A stretch of DNA of 55,529 bases, the filler included, from Squatina squatina (taxonomy: Eukaryota), in assembly GCA_031763465.1 (NCBI GenBank). It is 4 parts of 4 records of this genome, joined end to end, with 100 filler letters (N's around TTAATTAATTAA, not from the genome) between each part and the next. Parts side by side here need not be neighbours in the genome. Positions count along the whole stretch, not along the records: positions 1 to 13,449 come from JARFOE010000222.1; 3 more parts are not named here. One strand, 5' to 3'. The stretch's first letter is position 1. Every line of letters begins with the position of its first letter. Position numbers and translations under genes: made by a program. Of the stretch, positions 1-11,960 are shown piece after piece. Under the pieces are notes generated by a model. The model searched no databases. It had not been told where the DNA came from and was given only the letters and a program-made list of their open reading frames with translations.

Positions 1-162
1 AGTTGATCGATAAATTTTTGGATACTAAGGGAATGAGGGGATATGGGGATCGGGCGGGAAAGTGGAGTTGAGTTTGAAGATCAGCCATGATCTCACTGAA
101 TGGCGAAGCAGGTTCAAGGGACCGAATGGCCTACTCATGCTCCTATTTCTCAAGTTCTTGTG
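1..162 (+). mobile_element. CR1-clade LINE (HER1-like) 3' end fragment
   Basis: Matches the tail 'gggatatgggga...aagtggagttgag...gatcagccatgatct...gaatggcctactc.tgctcctatt' that recurs at 15305-15478 and 23605-23922. Confidence 0.8.
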
Positions 163-2264
163 TGAGAAATACCTCAAGAGGGAATAGTCTAACAGAAATT
201 GACACCAAAAATAACTGTAGGGGAAGGATGGTGTGCTGGCCTGTTCATAAATTGCAGAAATTCTTATCAAGCCAACAGGAGACAAAAATAACAAGGGGAA
301 GTATACTGTATGAGTGGAACATTTGAGAAATGCATGGAAATATTGCAACAGCCCCTAAAAATGTTAGCATGCAGCTATTCTATAGTTAGCTGCACCAATG
401 GATTATTTAATTTCTCTCAAATTAATGGGTTTTTAAAATTTATTTTTCATTAATTCATCACCATTCCTATGTGGTTAGGNNNNNNNNNNCAGATTATGAA
501 TTCTCACTTCTTCCTTCTCTGGAAAATAAACATTACTTGATTTGATTTTCCTCAATATATGTTAAAATTTAATTAATTTGCTTCTGTGAAAAATAAATAT
601 ACAGCAAATTTGTGGTCTAATGTGCTACACCATCATTTGTATGAATGGCAATATTATTTTTAGCATCTTAAATCTTGTGCTGATGACAGGCACCTATTTC
701 AAAATGGGAGTCCTGGTGCATTTGTCCATAAAGTGGTTGAGATTAAACCTGGATTTTGCATATTGTCGTATCAGACAATCTATTTCTAAAATAATATAGC
801 TGCACCTCCATATATTGTTATTAAAAGTCTTCAAAGATGCTTTTGGATCCAACTGTCTGACTTTCAGCAGTAAAGGATGGAAGTGGTCACAGCCCCGTGC
901 ATCTTGACCTTTGCTAAGTAATATTTTTGGACTTCGCTGAATCTCTCCTTGCCTACTCTCACAACCCAAATACAGTCAAATGTATTTTTGAACAACACAA
1001 ATCAATGTTACCACAAGGATACCGCCACAATGGATTTTTCAAAAACTGACACAAAACTATTCTCCTCTCAAAAAAAGTTTTATTTCTAAACAAGAGCTGT
1101 CATAGCTGAACTTGAAACACCAATCTTATTTGATATTTTTCTTACTGTTGCAAAAGTGACCCAAGTCTGATGCAGATCCAATGCTACATTAGTAACTGCT
1201 TTTTGTATATCCGCCGCACGTATTTTTTTTTTTTACAGCATACAATTTAGCTAATAACTGGTTGGGGCCAATCTTTAACAAGTCACATATTTCCATTGTC
1301 CCTTCACCCCCTGCTTATGCTTTTACCACATCCTAACAAAAACACGACCAGCTTGGCTCAAAAACCAGAAAGTTCCAGCTAATGAATCACATACTTTACA
1401 GCAGATACAGTAAGTATTACCAGCTGTGACATTCGCATTCTGGCAATGGAACTGTGGCAAACTCGGCAGAACAAGGCTGACACATTTGAAACCAGCTGTA
1501 CTACAAACCGCAAGGAGAAAAAAACTTCCAGCTGCCTTCTCAGGGGCTCTTTTGTCTCTGTGTTTGTCTCGCCACTTGTCCCTTGACTGCTGCGCACACA
1601 CAGCCATCTTGTTTTTAACAAAGTCTGGTGAGTCCAGGGCAGTTCCAAGGCTAATATCTGCATCTTATACATCTTACGGAAAATCATTTTCAAGTCAAAG
1701 GTTTCTCTTGAAATACATATATCCTTTTTTCTCCATGCTACAGCCATCGAAAACATATTACAATACTGCCTACTTTTCTTCCTTAGTTCTTTGAAAACCG
1801 GGGAGTTTTTTTTACCCCCCAACATTCAGGCGGAAAATTCCATCAAACTTTTTTTCCAACGGAGCATTCTTTGGAACGGACAGGGGAGTGCAGCACTGCA
1901 GAGGGTGGGTGGGTTACAAGAGACTTTTTACAAGTGTTGGACACAAGTTTTCGATTCTCTTAGAAGTGCCTTGAACAGCTTTTTTTGTGCTCTAAGTGAA
2001 AGAATAGCAGCAATCAGTGGTGTGATATTCTATGGGTCGATTTGAAACACCTCCCGGAATGTGTTTACGCTGTGCAACCCATTAAGTGAGGGTTTAGTAC
2101 AGTTAGTTAGGGTTGTTCGTTCCCCTGGAGTCCATTAGCACATTCCTGGGGGATGGTGTCACCTCCAACACCTAACCGAACATAAGAGAGGCCATCGTGG
2201 AAATTAGCAAGCACAAAGTAACATATGGAATGTGCCCATATTCGCATCCTCACAACAAAATACA

Positions 2265-2906
2265 CTGCTCCTTCCACCCCTGTAACATCGTCTGTCTCTG
2301 CCTTTGTCTCAGCCCATCTGTTGCTGAAACTCTCATCCGTGGCTTTGTTACCTCCAGACTTGACTATTCCAATGTTCTGCTGGCCGGCCTCGCACCTTGC
2401 ACCCTCAATAATCTTGAGCTCATCCAAAGCTCTGCTGCCCATATCCTAACTCGCAGCAAGTCCCGTTCATCCATCACCCACTGGCCCACATTAGCTCTTG
2501 GTCCAGCAAAGCCTCCATTTAAAAATTCTCATTCTTGTTTTCAAATCCCTCCATGGCCTCAATCCCTCCATCTCGCTATCATCTCTTCCAGCCCTACACC
2601 CCTCTGCATTCCTCCAATTCTGGGCGCTTGCGCATTCCCGACTTCTATCGCTCCATCATTTGCGGCCATGCCATCAGCTGGCTAGGTTCTGGAATTCCCA
2701 CCCTCAACCTTTCCGCCTCTCTACCTCTCTCTCTTTCCTTTAAGATATTCCTCAGAACCCACCTCACTGACCAAGCTCTTGGTCACCTGTGCTAACATCT
2801 CCTCACGTGGCTCTGTCAAATCTTTGTGTGATAACACTCCTGTGAAATGTCTTGGGATGTTTTATTACATTAAAGGCACTATATAAATGCAAATTATTGT
2901 TGTTGT
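2265..2906 (+). mobile_element. L2-clade LINE 3' fragment (end of RT ORF plus tail)
   Basis: Translation LSPSVAETLIRGFVTSRLDYSNVLLAGLA...LELIQSSAAHILTRSKSRSSITH is typical of the L2 ORF2 C-terminus. Ends in 'aaaggcactatataaatgcaaattattgttgttgt'. Confidence 0.85.
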
Positions 2907-3774
2907 ACTAGCNNNNNNNNNNNNNNNNNNNNNNNNNNNNNNNNNNNNNNNNNNNNNNNNNNNNNNNNNNNNNNNNNNNNNNNNNNNNNNNNNNNNNNNN
3001 NNNNNNNNNNNNAGTTTCTGAAATGAAGTGTTTAATGCCAAAAGAAAAGTAGATCAACAAATGGAAAGAATTAGTTGGTAAGAAGATGCTTTCTGCCTTC
3101 AAATAAAAGTTATCCCTTTTGATCTTCCGAAAGTGTTTGATACAGCTGCCAAAAATGTAAATAATTTAAAAATCTTCATCTTTGTTTCCCTCGTGCCCAG
3201 TTTATGCCCCAAGCCCCACATGACTGGATTATTTTCAGGTCAAAATAACCCAAACCAATACAGTCCATTACGACTTACATAAAGAGCTGCTTCGGAGACA
3301 GATCTGGGACCAGAGGCATCACTTTACCTCTCTGCTGCATACACTGGCAATGTCCTTTTGTAAAATCAGGTTAAAGTTGCACATTTGGCCATTTATGGAA
3401 GTTTTACACCAATGCACAAGTTTTAATTGGTGGTTTGGACGGCATTTGCTATAAATACACAAGAAGTCTGAATCTGCAGCTTTGTTAGAAGCTGACCAGT
3501 ATGTTTCAGTTGTTGTATGCTGCAAGTACATGAGTCAGTCTAGCTGTGATATCCCCCACATGTTGATATCGGACTGACATCTAGGCTGGCAAATGAGTAA
3601 TGCCACTTGGGTGAGGTACTGGGAGATACCCAGTAATTGTGTTTTCATTCCAGAGGAAGGACTCCATGCCTTTAAATGAGAAGGGGGGATAATTGATTAA
3701 AAAGCAAAAAAAAACACATCATGGAATGTATCACTAAAAATGTGAGCTTTCAGATGACAATGCCTAGTTTTCAC

Positions 3775-3945
3775 AGGAAGTATAGGAACAGGAGTAGGCC
3801 ATTCAGCCCCTCTAGCCTGTTCTGCCATTCAATGAGATGATGGCTGATCTGGGATCTAACTCAATATACCTGCCTTTGGCCTATATCCATAAATGTCTTT
3901 GGCCCATACCCCTTAATACCTTTGGTCAACAAAATTCAATCTGAT
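3775..3945 (-). mobile_element. CR1/HER1-like 3' end fragment
   Basis: Reverse complement of the same tail ('ggaacaggagtaggccattcagcccc...ccattcaatgagatgatggctgatct'). Confidence 0.75.
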
Positions 3946-4331
3946 TTAGTTCCCGTTTAATAGATTAAAAAGTTCATATTATATGGGATCACAAGCTCAC
4001 CTGGGGTTTAGAGAAAAAGGGTATTCCAATGTCCATCACTGGGGGATCGGATGACTGCATGTCAGCAACATGTGTCCTGGGTTTAATCTGTAATGTTAAA
4101 AAGGGTCAAAAATGGGCAAAATCAACCTGGTTATATTAACTTCTCCAGAAACAGCCAAAATCTTAACGGTACAGATAATTTGAATAAATAAAATTGAAAT
4201 ATGCTGATATGCTTGCTTTTGCCATAAACTCNNNNNNNNNNNNNNNNNNNNNNNNNNNNNNNNNNNNNNNNNNNNNNNNNNNNNNNNNNNNNNNNNNNNN
4301 NNNNNNNNNNNNNNNNNNNNNNNNNNNNNNN

Positions 4332-4835
4332 ACATGGCAGCGCTAATGAAACACTTATCTGGTGCTCAGCCGGTGAATGCGGCCTAGTGTCGGCAAAGTG
4401 GCTCATGCCACGTTGCCGAGACCAGCGCGGTTGCATCAGATGTGGCCCTGCCCCCTGCGCTAAAGGGGAAGGCCGCCGGGTGAGGCGACGGAGCCACTGG
4501 GGGAGCCACCAGGGAGCCAGGTGGGTGGGTGGAAAGGCTTGCCGGCAGCGGCGCTGGGGGCCCATCGGCTGCCATACCTCGGCCGATGCGGAAGTCGGCC
4601 GATGTAAAAAAAAGTGGCTGACAACGGCGTTAGCCCCTTCCCTTTAACTGTCGTTGCCAACGACTGGTCAAATCTGTCATTGCCATCGACGCGGGCCTCA
4701 CCAGCGAGCCACCGACACCAAAGGGGGTCGCGGTGGCGGCCCTGTGGGGTCAGCGCACGACTTGATGCTGTCGCACGTTGACCCACAGCGACCCCGGAGC
4801 AGAGACCTTTGCTCCGTGGGGGCACCATGCCTAAT
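4332..4835. repeat. GC/CpG-rich interspersed repeat, probably a non-autonomous DNA transposon
   Basis: Abrupt GC-rich island next to a gap in AT-rich intron. Overlapping ORFs give no recognisable protein. Family assignment is inference. Confidence 0.4.
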
Positions 4836-5266
4836 TCACCAAAAGTCAAGGATTGACACTCGAGCTAAAATAGACCCATTGGGCCCCCATCTACTGTGAA
4901 TACAGACAGTGTGACACATATATACCCGATAAATACTGACGTACAAGGTCTAATTCCCTGATCAGCCACTCCTATTGAGAAGCAGCACTCGCAGGCAGCT
5001 TTCTTCAGGAAATTTCAGGCTCACAGTCCTTGATTTTCCATCCACCGATTTAAATGGATGGGAAAATCTGAGACTCCAGTCCTGTGACTTCCCTATCAGG
5101 AAACAAGCCCTATAAAACATCACACTAAAAGTGTGAGAAAGGAAGTAAAGATAATGTGTACAGGAAGTGCACAGCATCTGCCAGACTTTTATTATTAAGT
5201 ATGTATCTACAATATCAGATTTCTGAAACAAGGCTAATTATTATTACAGGAAACAAAGTGTCAAAC

Positions 5267-5335
5267 CTGTGAATCACTTCCACCAGAAGCAAAATATTCT
5301 CCATGTCTCGAAAATGTTACAGCAATTACAGGACC
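5267..5335 (-). CDS. POC1B: POC1 centriolar WD40 protein, internal exon (69 bp, exon 8 equivalent)
   Basis: TTTGTAG|...|GTTTGA; encodes GPVIAVTFSRHGEYFASGGSDSQ, matching the last POC1 WD repeat. Confidence 0.9.
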
Positions 5336-5714
5336 CTACAAATAAACAAAATTACTTTCTTTTTTAAGCACGTCACATGAAAAATCCAGTTTCCAACTTT
5401 ACACTTTGCATATAATTTTTATATTAACATGCACTTCCAAAATAATTTTCTAAGAAGGAAATAGAAATGAAACTTTCTTTGTAGTCAGCTATCTTAAAAT
5501 AAAAAAAAATCTACATATTTAATGATTTTTCACAATTTTTTCTATTACTGCATGAGATCTCTTCAGATGACAGAACGTTCATACAGTCTGAGGCCGAGTT
5601 TACTTACTGATTTAATAGTGAAGGTTTAATACTAATTTCAAAATTACACAGGAATTGGAGAACTGTAATAGACCATTTGAAAATGTTATGTATTTAATGT
5701 GCCTCCATTTTCAC

Positions 5715-5848
5715 CTGGTGTCCATGTAGAGTGTAAAATAATCTTCCTTCCAACAAATCCATTATCTTGAGAGTACAGTCATTCGACGCAGTGATAAGGT
5801 AGTTACCAGAAGGATGGAAAGACAAGCAGTTCACTGCAGCGCTGTGGA
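5715..5848 (-). CDS. POC1B: POC1 WD40 exon (134 bp, exon 7 equivalent)
   Basis: AAACAG|...|GTGAAA; encodes [44 protein letters not shown]; in phase with the 5267-5335 exon. Confidence 0.93.
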
Positions 5849-6587
5849 CTGTTTAGAAGACAGGATGGTCAGTCTGATTTAACAAGGTCCAAAAATCAAT
5901 CAATCAATCAATCCATTGGTGAGCTTCCTGAATGACAGCCACAATTCTCTCTCATACCTTACTGTCCCCAGTCTCTTAGTATATGCTTGCTGCCTTCTTT
6001 CTAAGCTGGATTTTCATTCAGCAACATTTTTAGTACACTAGTATTACCAGATTCCTTACTGGTTACACAATGATGCAATACCACCCCTCCCTAGCCATGC
6101 TGTAAATAGCAATTGCAAATTATGGCAATATGTTGAAAATTAAATGATCATAATGCAAACTTAATCATGTAATCCCGGTGCCTACAATTCCACACATCTG
6201 TAGTTATTCTGATCTTTAAACACTTTCCCAATGATTTATTAATTACTCTCTATTGCAAGATCATCATAAAACAGAAGCGTACTCATTTTTTTTTGCTTGG
6301 GGGCATTACTTATGATTTATTTAATTACCTTTTAAAGCATGTTTTTAGTCCTNNNNNNNNNNNNNNNNNNNNNNNNNNNNNNNNNNNNNNNNNNNNNNNN
6401 NNNNNNNNNNNNNNNNNNNNNNNNNNNNNNNNNNNNNNNNNNNNNNNNNNNNAACCTATAACTTGCTGTGAGCAATGCCATGGGAGACCTGCTATTTTCA
6501 TAATATTCTTGCAACAAACATATATCTGCCATCTATAAAAACATCGGTACCACGTTATCAGATTAAAGGTTCACTAACATTACTCAC

Positions 6588-6759
6588 ACATTTGGAGTCC
6601 AGAGTCTAACAGTCTTATCTCGTGAAGCAGATGCCACCAGATGACCTGATGGGGAGAACTGGACACACATCACACCATCCTTGTGTCCTGCAAATCGGTA
6701 GGCTCTGGATTGTGGCTTCAAGTTCCATATCATAAGGCACTTATCAAGTGAGGTAGTTG
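6588..6759 (-). CDS. POC1B: POC1 WD40 exon (172 bp, exon 3 equivalent)
   Basis: TTTCTGAAG|...|GTGAGT; encodes [56 protein letters not shown]. The B-paralog call rests on lying downstream of ATP2B1 on the same strand. Confidence 0.9.
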
Positions 6760-7579
6760 CTTCAGAAATAATAAAACATTATCAATATTAGAAGTTTAAG
6801 TATGTTCTGCCCAGGTTCCTTATGATCATCTCAGCCAAGCAGTTTGAGCACTTTCCTTTTGTGGGAGCTGACTCACATTGCCTTATAGCTGTTTGTACAA
6901 AAGCGTGACTCAGGGTGTAACAAGAGTATCCATACTTCGATCTCTCTAAAGATGGACTGAGCAAACGTTTGACTAGGCGAGTACAGATTCAAATTGTTAA
7001 GCAACTTTACTTCACGGTAAGGTGAACATAGAAAGCAGCCATTGTCCAGATGCACTTAAAACAATTGATACAACCTAGCTTTGTGTAATGTACTGAAGAA
7101 CACGCTTCGTGAGCCCACATCAGTCGGTCATTTGTCCTGACAAAGAAAATGGATTCTAGCTGTCCTCCAGAATTTCTAACCTCTTTGCCTGAGCGAAAGC
7201 CCTCGCAGCTTTCTTTTACAAATCTGACTGCCCTCGCAGTTATCCTGTTTCAAACAGCCTGGGTGCCGTCTCTCTTTTTAAGTCCTTATTTCCAAACAGA
7301 GACTTTCCAACACAATGGGTGTGAGATGTTTTTCAAATTGCTTTTTGTTTAGTGTCTGGGGGAAACAATTGCCATTCAGCATATTAACCACTTTTCTAAA
7401 AAGAAAAAAAACCTTGAGAATACACTTAGCTTAAAAAACACAAAGTGACTTCTTTTTAAATTCCTCCTGTGGAAAAATNNNNNNNNNNNNNNNNNNNNNN
7501 NNNNNNNNNNNNNNNNNNNNNNNNNNNNNNNNNNNNNNNNNNNNNNNNNNNNNNNNNNNNNNNNNNNNNNNNNNNNNNT

Positions 7580-7795
7580 CCCGAGCCGCTACACTCCCCA
7601 CACCTCACATCTCCAATTACTCATATCCTAAAATGTTATTACCTGAAAGAAATATTATCTAATTTGCATTTGAATGAATCAACACTGGCTGCTTCCACCG
7701 TCTCCCTTGGGAGCCTGTTCCATAGATTGACCACTCGCTCACTGAAATATTGTTTCTCCAGATTAGTTTTGAATTTACCTGCTTCAAGCTTTTCC
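7580..7795 (-). mobile_element. CR1 LINE ORF2 C-terminal fragment
   Basis: GKFKTNLEKQYFSERVVNLWNRLPRETVEAASVDSFKCKLD is the canonical CR1 ORF2 end. Confidence 0.85.
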
Positions 7796-8929
7796 CGGGA
7801 CCCAGCGAGGGTCGTCTCCCAGGACTTATGCCACACAGTTATTTGTTACAATGTAATCATTTTGTTGGTGCGGATACATTTTTCTACCCAATTGGAGCTG
7901 GAAATGGAAACTAAATGCACCTATTGGCTGTAACAATGAGCCAGGCACCTGCCCAGTAGAGGAAACTACCAGGACTGATGACAGAGAAACTTCTTTACAC
8001 AGAGAGTGGCGAGAACGTGGAACTGGCTACCACTTTGGGCAGCGCCTCCCAAACCCGTGACCTCTACCACCTGGAAGGACAAGGGCAGCAGGCGCATGNN
8101 NNNNNNNNNNNNNNNNNNNNNNNNNNNNNNNNNNNNNNNNNNNNNNNNNNNNNNNNNNNNNNNNNNNNNNNNNNNNNNNNNNNNNNNNNNNNNNNNNNTG
8201 AAGCAGTTTTGAACAGTTTCCCTGTCTAAGGTCTGCGACAATGTTTTACAAATCCTTGCAAATCATCCTGTCCATGCCAAATCATTCCAGAAAGTTTGAA
8301 TTTATCATAAATGTACCATTGTACAAAAATACCATTGCACACCGAATGGTTCAGTAGCCTACATCAAGCCTGCATGATACCCCAGCTTCAGTTAAAACCA
8401 TGATATACTGTTTCCACTTTGAAATCGAGTACATGATGTAGTGTGTTGTTTTTCCAGACTTTTTCTAGTATACCCAAAAAGGCAGGAAAAAAAGCACAAT
8501 TAGCGAATTAGAGCAAGATGCTTATTTAAACCATTAAATGTCAAGAAAACAAAGTATACTACATATCAGTAGATTTTCAAAATTTCCAACAGCCCTTGTG
8601 CTGAAAGAAAAAAGTCTAAGGGAGAAAAAAAACCTAATTCTGCTCACATCTGACCAAGTCTAAGCCAATATCCAAGGACAAACACATAGACTAAGGTTAT
8701 GATGCATTTGATTTAATCCATTTGATGAGTTGACAAATACTCTGAAGCATCTCATTATACATGGATGTATCCTTCCACTTAACATTTCACCCTTACTTAT
8801 TTGCGAGGAAAAAATTCTTTATGCATTGAGTGGCTAGAAACATAGAAACATAGGAAATAGGATTTACACTGCCGATGGGGTGGTGGATATAGACTCNNNN
8901 NNNNNNNNNNNNNNNNNNNNNNNNNNNAT

Positions 8930-9542
8930 ACTCCAGCGTTTTTAGTAGTGTTATCTATTTGGCTACAAGTATTAGCTGTTTATCTACAATATTTAACAAA
9001 GTAAATCACAGGCATATTTAGTACAGTTTCAATAGAAACACCCTTTTCCTGAAAATACAGTAGTATTTGAAGGATTAGTTTCTCTCCATCATGTGTCAGG
9101 AAGCCTTCTACCTACAAACAAAAAGTATCTACAAACCTTGTAAACAGAACTGCATCATTTAGAACATAAATAATTCAAAATATTAACAGCCAAGTAGCAG
9201 AAATTAAAGTATCAATGAGCCAGGGCCAAAAAACACCATCCAGAAATCAAGAAATACTAAATGTTCAGCTAACACACTGCTCAGGACAATTCTTAAAGTT
9301 GATTTTTCATCCTCTGTAACAGAACGAATCCTCAAAGCAAGTCATTTTTATACCAGGTTTGTGTGTCACTTTGAGTTCCAAAAGCACCCTTAGTCTGGCA
9401 GAAAGCTTAAAGTATCTACATTCTTGGTGTGTGTCTTCTGCTGAAGTCCAAGACAAGAATATCTTGTCAATCACAGTGTAAAAAGGACCCAGTTTTTCTT
9501 CTTGTAGCTCACTAGACCTAGTGTGTTAACATTCTGCTTACA
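8930..9542 (-). other. ATP2B1: ATP2B1 3'UTR (proximal part; distal end not determined)
   Basis: Repeat-free sequence directly after the TAG, starting TGTAAGCAGAATGTTAACACACTAG. Resembles the mammalian ATP2B1 3'UTR as I recall it. Confidence 0.7.
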
Positions 9543-9645
<103 letters not shown>

Positions 9646-9745
9646 NNNNNNNNNNNNNNNNNNNNNNNNNNNNNNNNNNNNNNNNNNNNNNNNNNNNNNN
9701 NNNNNNNNNNNNNNNNNNNNNNNNNNNNNNNNNNNNNNNNNNNNN

Positions 9746-9829
9746 GATCTGGGACAAAGGTTCGGCACAACATCGTGGGCCGAAGGGCCTGTTATGTGCT
9801 GTATGTTCTATGTTCTATATATGTTCTAT
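9746..9829 (+). mobile_element. CR1 3' terminus with microsatellite tail
   Basis: 'gggccgaagggcctgttatgtgctgtatgttctatgttctatatgttcta'. Confidence 0.75.
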
Positions 9830-11749
9830 TGCGTCCACTGATGAGTTGGAGGTGGTCAGGACCTCCGGCAGGACTCACATGAAACAGTTTATTTTACAGC
9901 AAACAATATTTATTTACTCAGCAAATCGTTTAAACAGTGCACTGCAGCAAACAGTCTACAGAGTCTATTTTAAAAGAGTCTCGATGAAATACAGCAAAAT
10001 CATAACTGAAGCTGCAGCAGCTTCTCTCGATAAAGGATGATTATTCCAAAAACTGCAGTGAGCAGAGAGTACAAATTACATGCATAAAATCAATACCAGC
10101 AGTGCATGCGAGGTTGACTGGGAAATTAACCAATCATCTCTATTCGGGCCAGGAATCGTGGCATTACTGCACGCAGCCGTAAATAACTGCCTCGAGGCGG
10201 AGTATAGAACAGGAACAAAGGACAGTGGGACAGACAGTTTCAAGACATGATCACCGGTTCTCCTAAGGATTGGGGTAATATCCATCTTTAGTGCTCACTG
10301 CCTTATTACTGAGTGCAACTAATTGTATTTGTTCATTAAAATTACTGATTGCCACCATGTCGGTTGACTTCTCAAACTCATCTACACTTAGGGATTTTCA
10401 GTTGAAACGTACTATTTTGAAATCACATGTAAATACTGAACCCCTACTGGGCCCATTCAACATGTACACGCTGTCCGTGGGACTATAGCCTAACAATATT
10501 TTAAGGCTGATTTATTGGTGGGAGGTGGCTGGCACTGTGCGTGCACTAGATTAATGGTTGGCTAAAGTCAGGGCAATTTGGAACACGCAGCTCAGCTCTC
10601 CTAATAACCTGCTATCCTGTGGTATCTTCGTTCAATCATGGCCCGTTTTAACATCAGCTTCTTCATAATAACTTACAGTTACAACATAAGAAAAGTGAGA
10701 GTTGAGAAAATGCCATTCAGCCCATCAAAGCTAATCCTTCTAGCACTCTCCCATCTTAGCATCAAATGACATTTTGAACGTCATGCCACTAACAACGTGT
10801 TGTTGGGTGGGGAAGTGACGCATTGCTGCTTCATCAAGGACCTTTCAACTCAGTGAACCTCAATTACTTTCAATACAACCAAATCGCATGACTACGGGAC
10901 AAACCAGCATTGGAGAGATGCACTCCAGTGTCTCCAGGTCACGTCAGGTGGTGACTGGCTGGTGTCTCTTCACCTCTTGTTAAGTTTCATTGGGAGACCA
11001 CCTTTCATTGCGTTTGAACAAGCATAGTTCAGCCAATGAAAGAGCTTATTTCAAAACATTACCATCAACTGCCAAGTTGAGGTGAGTTTGAAGGATTGAC
11101 AAACATGAGCCAATCGCACAGGTCAGTAAGAGTGCATGGTGAGACTGTCCAGAGGGAAGGGCTGTATTCTCAGGTTTTCAAGATGTCTAGAGTAGGATGC
11201 CATCTTTGGTTAGACACATTCCTGGAGGTGTGAGTCCATGATCTCCCATCTCCAGCTGGCCCGCCCAGTCAATCAGCCTGAATGATTTTTCTCCTGGGTT
11301 GCTCGTAGCAGTGTCCAGGAGCTGAATCTTTCATTTCTGGAGACTGCAGCAACGTCAGCAATCCAGTCGAGAGCTGAGAAATATCCTGCTGATTGAATTT
11401 GCCCTAACCCAATCAGAGACAAACTGCTGGCTCATGAGTTCAGGTAGATCTACAGATTGAAGAAGCAACAAGTTTATCGAGCACTTCATCCAGCATTCCA
11501 CATCATCAGGGCATCCCATGGCGGCGAGTGTGGCAACCAATTCCCACTGCCAATATACGACTCAGTGTTTTGTCAGGGCTGTGTCTGTCTTGCCCTCAAA
11601 GACCATTTCCGTTTTGGAGATGAACATTTGTGGAATTTGTCTGGAAAAGTTCTGCAAAAGTAACGCTCCATGGCCAAGGGTGGAGGTTAGCAGGACCAAT
11701 GGCCGAATGGCAGTTACTAGATGATGGTTCTGACCATTGTCAGCAAGAA

Positions 11750-11960
11750 AACGTGCAGAATGGGTGTGTAAACGGCAATTTAATTTCAATATAGTTATTT
11801 GTGAAGCGCTGCAATTTGGTAGGAAGAATAAGGTTCCCAAATACTCCTTGCAAAATAGCAGCCCGAAAGGGGTAGAGGGGCAAAGGGTTTCCGGTACAGA
11901 TTCACAAATCATTCACAAGTGGGAACACAAATTAAAAAGCCCATAAAATACAAACAAAGC
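11750..11960 (+). mobile_element. Decayed CR1 reverse transcriptase fragment
   Basis: EWVCKRQFNFNIVICEALQFGRKN resembles the CR1 motif W...WQM.FN..KCEV.HFGRKN. Confidence 0.65.

Noticed and set aside
694-1825. ORFs of 91-148 aa as further POC1 exons
   Set aside because: No WD40 or Poc1 coiled-coil motif and no convincing splice pairs.
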